Shown here: piece by piece, positions 61,259-64,000 of the stretch
Layout: each line of letters opens with the position of its first letter
Position numbering within the stretch: position 1 is the first letter of the stretch
Source of the DNA: Candidatus Binatia bacterium
GTDB lineage: Bacteria > Desulfobacterota > Binatia > UBA12015
Length of the DNA stretch: 64,000 bases
Reading direction: 5' to 3'
NCBI GenBank assembly: GCA_046327915.1
Contig: JAXLXO010000007.1
Location: 67,347 to 131,346, forward strand
Program-made: the position numbers and the translations under genes
The notes under the pieces: model-generated
What the model was told of the DNA's origin: nothing
Seen by the model: the letters and a program-made list of their open reading frames with translations, nothing else
Database searches by the model: none

Positions 61259-62989
61259 TCAGGCGGCGCGGCGGCGCTTCTGCTCGGCGAAGATGTGCCG
61301 CGTGTCGGCGCGCAGGTCGGACACCAGCGACACGCGGTCCGACAGCGCGCGCACGGTATCGGCCTGGGCGTCGCGGACGTCGATGAGGATCGAGTAGAGC
61401 GCGAAGTTGCGCTTGCGCTTTCGTGCGAGGAAGTCGGCGCGCCACTCGGCATCGACCTCGCACTCGCCGTCGGTGATCAGCACGAGGTCGCCGCGCCGCA
61501 TGTCGCGCTCCGAGAGCAGGCGTGCCGCCGTGTCGAGCGGCGGACGGAAGTCCGTGCCGCCGCCGGAGAAGTGCTCGGCGAGATCGAGCGTGCGGTCGAG
61601 CGCCACGGCCCACGGGCTGCCGGGATTCATCTCGAAGTGGCGCAGACCGCGCTCGCCCGACGAGAAGCAGACGACGTGGCAGCGGCGGCGCTTCCGCCGC
61701 GCGAGCTCGACGAAGGTCAGCGCGACCGCCTTCGACCACAGCTCCTTCTCGCCGGCCATCGACGAGCTGGTGTCGAGGCACACGACCAGCGGACCGTGAC
61801 CACGCTGGTCCGTGCCGCGCAGGGCGTACGTCAGGACGCCGCCGTCGAGCAGGCGGCGCTGGAAGTCGCGCCGCAGAAGCGGATGCGACAGCGCCACCAG
61901 CTCGTGCGGAATCAGGCGCCCGAGGTCCTCGAGGCCGCGTCCGGGGCGGACCTCGTGCAGCTCCTCGTCGGTCCGGTCGAGCACCCGCCGGCGAACCGAC
62001 AGCGCCTGGTCGCGGATGCGCCCGAACACCGCGAAGAGCTTTCGCATCTTCTCGTTGTCCGCGAGGCGCCGGCCGAGATCGATGCTCTGCCCGGGATCGC
62101 GCGCGCCGCCGGTGCCGAGCCCGCGACCCCACGCCTGCAGCGACTCGTTCAGATCGGCGACCTTGCCGGCCGCCGACGCGGCGGCGCCGAGCAGCTTCTG
62201 GTCGAGCTTCTTCTCGACGCGCGCGAACGAGGCCTCGACGCGACGCCGCTTCTGCTCGCGCTGCGCCGCGACGCCGCGCGCGGTGAGGCGGGCCTTGTCG
62301 GCCGCGGCGCGCATCGCGCGCGCGTCGGCGCGCGTCGCGCGTCGCGTGCGCTCGCTGCCCGGGTCGGGCTCGCCGTCGGCGTCCTCGCCGTGCTCATCGA
62401 CCGCGTCGTCGGCGTCCTCGTCGGGCGCGTCCTGCTCAGCCGCCGCGTCGCTCTGCTTCTCCGCCTCGGGCGCACGCGACTCCTCGCGCGCCTCGTCGGC
62501 GAGCTCGCGGCCGACCTCGGCCTCCTCTTCCGCCTCGCGTGCAGCCTGCTCCTCGCGCTCGAGGTTCCACAGGTCGAGCAGGTCGCCGCTGGTGAGCACG
62601 CGGTCTTCGCGCAGCGCGCGCAGCACGGACTCACCGATCAGCACCGCGCCGAGACCGGCGCGCGCCTCGTCGAGCGGCGTGTCGAGGCGCAGCCGCTCGT
62701 ACGCCGGGCCCGTGAGCACACCGCGCAGGACGCGGCGGTTGAAGGCGGCGCTCACCGGGACGTCGGCGTCGTCGCGCAGCACGACGTTCATCTTGAAGAG
62801 CGCGCAGAACAGGTCCTCGACCAGTGCCGGAAAGTGCGGCACGAGCTTCGCGCCGGCGTCGTCGAGCGCGCGCCAGGCGTGCGAGGCGCGGCGCAGGCGG
62901 ACGATCGCGGCGCGGTCGTAGGCGTCGGACGCGACGACGTTCGCCGCCGCGCGCGGCGTGCGGTCGCCCGCGTCGTCCGCGCCCGCCAT
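61259..62989 (-). CDS. VWA (von Willebrand factor A) domain protein, the partner of the adjacent MoxR-type ATPase (CoxE/VWA-like).
   Basis: MIDAS LVVCLDTSSSM...SGGGTDFRPPL...ITDGE. A long acidic disordered linker (EEEAEVGRELADEAREESRAPEAEKQSDAAAEQDAPDEDADDAVDEHGEDADGEPDP) is present. The ATG overlaps the MoxR stop (TGATG). Confidence 0.8.
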   Translation of the reverse strand: MAGADDAGDRTPRAAANVVASDAYDRAAIVRLRRASHAWRALDDAGAKLVPHFPALVEDLFCALFKMNVVLRDDADVPVSAAFNRRVLRGVLTGPAYERLRLDTPLDEARAGLGAVLIGESVLRALREDRVLTSGDLLDLWNLEREEQAAREAEEEAEVGRELADEAREESRAPEAEKQSDAAAEQDAPDEDADDAVDEHGEDADGEPDPGSERTRRATRADARAMRAAADKARLTARGVAAQREQKRRRVEASFARVEKKLDQKLLGAAASAAGKVADLNESLQAWGRGLGTGGARDPGQSIDLGRRLADNEKMRKLFAVFGRIRDQALSVRRRVLDRTDEELHEVRPGRGLEDLGRLIPHELVALSHPLLRRDFQRRLLDGGVLTYALRGTDQRGHGPLVVCLDTSSSMAGEKELWSKAVALTFVELARRKRRRCHVVCFSSGERGLRHFEMNPGSPWAVALDRTLDLAEHFSGGGTDFRPPLDTAARLLSERDMRRGDLVLITDGECEVDAEWRADFLARKRKRNFALYSILIDVRDAQADTVRALSDRVSLVSDLRADTRHIFAEQKRRRAA

Positions 62990-64000
62990 CAGCCGACCTC
63001 GGCGATCGCCTGCCGCAGCGCCTCGATCTCGCGCCGCGCGGCTTCGGCGCGCGCGACCTCGCGCCCCGACTCGCGCGCCGCGCGCTCGATCGCCGCGATC
63101 TGCTCGAGGATGCGCCGCAGCTTGGTCTCGACCTCGATGCGCGCCCGCGCGCGCTGCTCGCGCGAGTCCCAGGTCTGCTCGATGTACTCGCCGAGCTCGC
63201 GGCCCTGGTAGAGCAGCTCCTGCACCTGCTCGTCGTAGCCGCGCACGAGGCGGCGCAGCGTGTCCCGGACCGTCGGCTGCTCGGCGGGATCGCGCCACAG
63301 CACGTGCTCGAGGAAGAGCACCTCGTCGTCGCCGACGGACTCGCGTCCGCGCAGCAGCGCGAGCGCGCGCAGCAGCGTGACGCTCTGCCGGAAGCGGCGG
63401 TCCGACGGCACGATCTGCTGCTCGCCGAGCGCGCGGCGCAGATCGGCGATGCTGCGCAGGACGCCGTCGGGGAGCGCGACGTCCTCCACTGCGTCCTGCA
63501 GCAGTGCGAGCTCCGCGAGCGTGATGCGCGTGCCGTCCTCCGGCGCCGTCGCGCGCAGCATGCGGAGAAAGCGCCAGTCCTCGACGACGTAGCCGACCAC
63601 GAAGCGCACCAGGAAGCGGTCGTAGATCGCCGACAGCTCGTCCTCCTCGGGCAGCTCGTTCGCGGCACCGAAGACGGACAGCAGCGGGACGTCGACGCTG
63701 TCGCGCCCGTTGTCGAAGCGGCGCTCGTTGAGCAGCGTGAGCAGCGCGTTCAGGATCGACGAGCTCGCCTTGAAGATCTCGTCGAGGAAGGCGATGTGCG
63801 CCTCGGGGAGCTTGCGCGTCGTGACGCGGCGGTACTCGTCGTTCTCGAGCGCACGCAGGCTCACCGCGCCGAAGACTTCTTCCGGCGTGGTGAACTTGGT
63901 GAGCAGCCACTGGAAGTAGGCGGCGCCGTCGATGCGCCGGCAGAGCTCGTCGGCAAGCATGGATTTCGCCGTGCCCGGCGGTCCGAGCAGCAGCACGTGC
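62989..64000 (-). CDS. MoxR-family AAA+ ATPase. 5'-partial: the N-terminus lies beyond the window end.
   Basis: Walker A LLLGPPGTAKS, Walker B IAFLDEIFKAS, and a sensor region. The frame is open through nt 64000. Confidence 0.88.
   Translation of the reverse strand, partial: HVLLLGPPGTAKSMLADELCRRIDGAAYFQWLLTKFTTPEEVFGAVSLRALENDEYRRVTTRKLPEAHIAFLDEIFKASSSILNALLTLLNERRFDNGRDSVDVPLLSVFGAANELPEEDELSAIYDRFLVRFVVGYVVEDWRFLRMLRATAPEDGTRITLAELALLQDAVEDVALPDGVLRSIADLRRALGEQQIVPSDRRFRQSVTLLRALALLRGRESVGDDEVLFLEHVLWRDPAEQPTVRDTLRRLVRGYDEQVQELLYQGRELGEYIEQTWDSREQRARARIEVETKLRRILEQIAAIERAARESGREVARAEAARREIEALRQAIAEVG

Overview
64-kb window of a high-GC (about 70%) bacterial chromosome. Gene content fits a high-GC proteobacterium or Myxococcota-like organism, but the taxon cannot be fixed from sequence alone. 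Coding density is high, with about 48 protein genes and many 1-4 nt start/stop overlaps. I found no rRNA, tRNA, CRISPR array or obvious mobile element by eye. Recognisable content, in order: the 3' part of a methylmalonyl-CoA-mutase-family catalytic subunit; a PEP-utilizing His-domain protein; NUDIX; ftsH; coaE; asnS; a complete ISC Fe-S cluster operon (iscS-iscU-iscA-hscB-hscA-fdx) that unusually ends with an Rrf2/IscR-like regulator instead of starting with one; a BMP-type ABC importer (two permeases plus a tandem ATPase) with no binding-protein gene, overlapping a CCA-adding enzyme gene; a divergent Lhr helicase; lgt; an orphan selB; a parvulin lipoprotein; a catalytically degenerate sigma-54-activator-like protein; VanZ; a VKOR-thioredoxin fusion; a three-gene GT-C glycosyltransferase module carrying paralogous CBM4/9-like domains; an ArsC-family protein; and a co-directional envelope block (ECF sigma, zf-HC2/AsmA-like anti-sigma, class V aminotransferase, MltA, an exported FecR-domain protein, a secreted hydrolase, a lipoprotein). 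The window ends with purM translationally coupled to a double-domain family III CoA-transferase, followed by a MoxR-VWA-DUF1329-carboxylesterase-alkylsulfatase-Uma2 string. The most unusual items are the exported FecR-domain protein with a Trp-rich repeat region and a roughly 550-aa Gly/Ser/Pro/Arg/Tyr low-complexity tail, and the dual GT-C fusion with duplicated CBM-like modules. All calls rest on reading the translated ORFs and the nucleotide sequence directly, with no database searches. Coordinates of non-coding motifs are accurate to about 2 nt.
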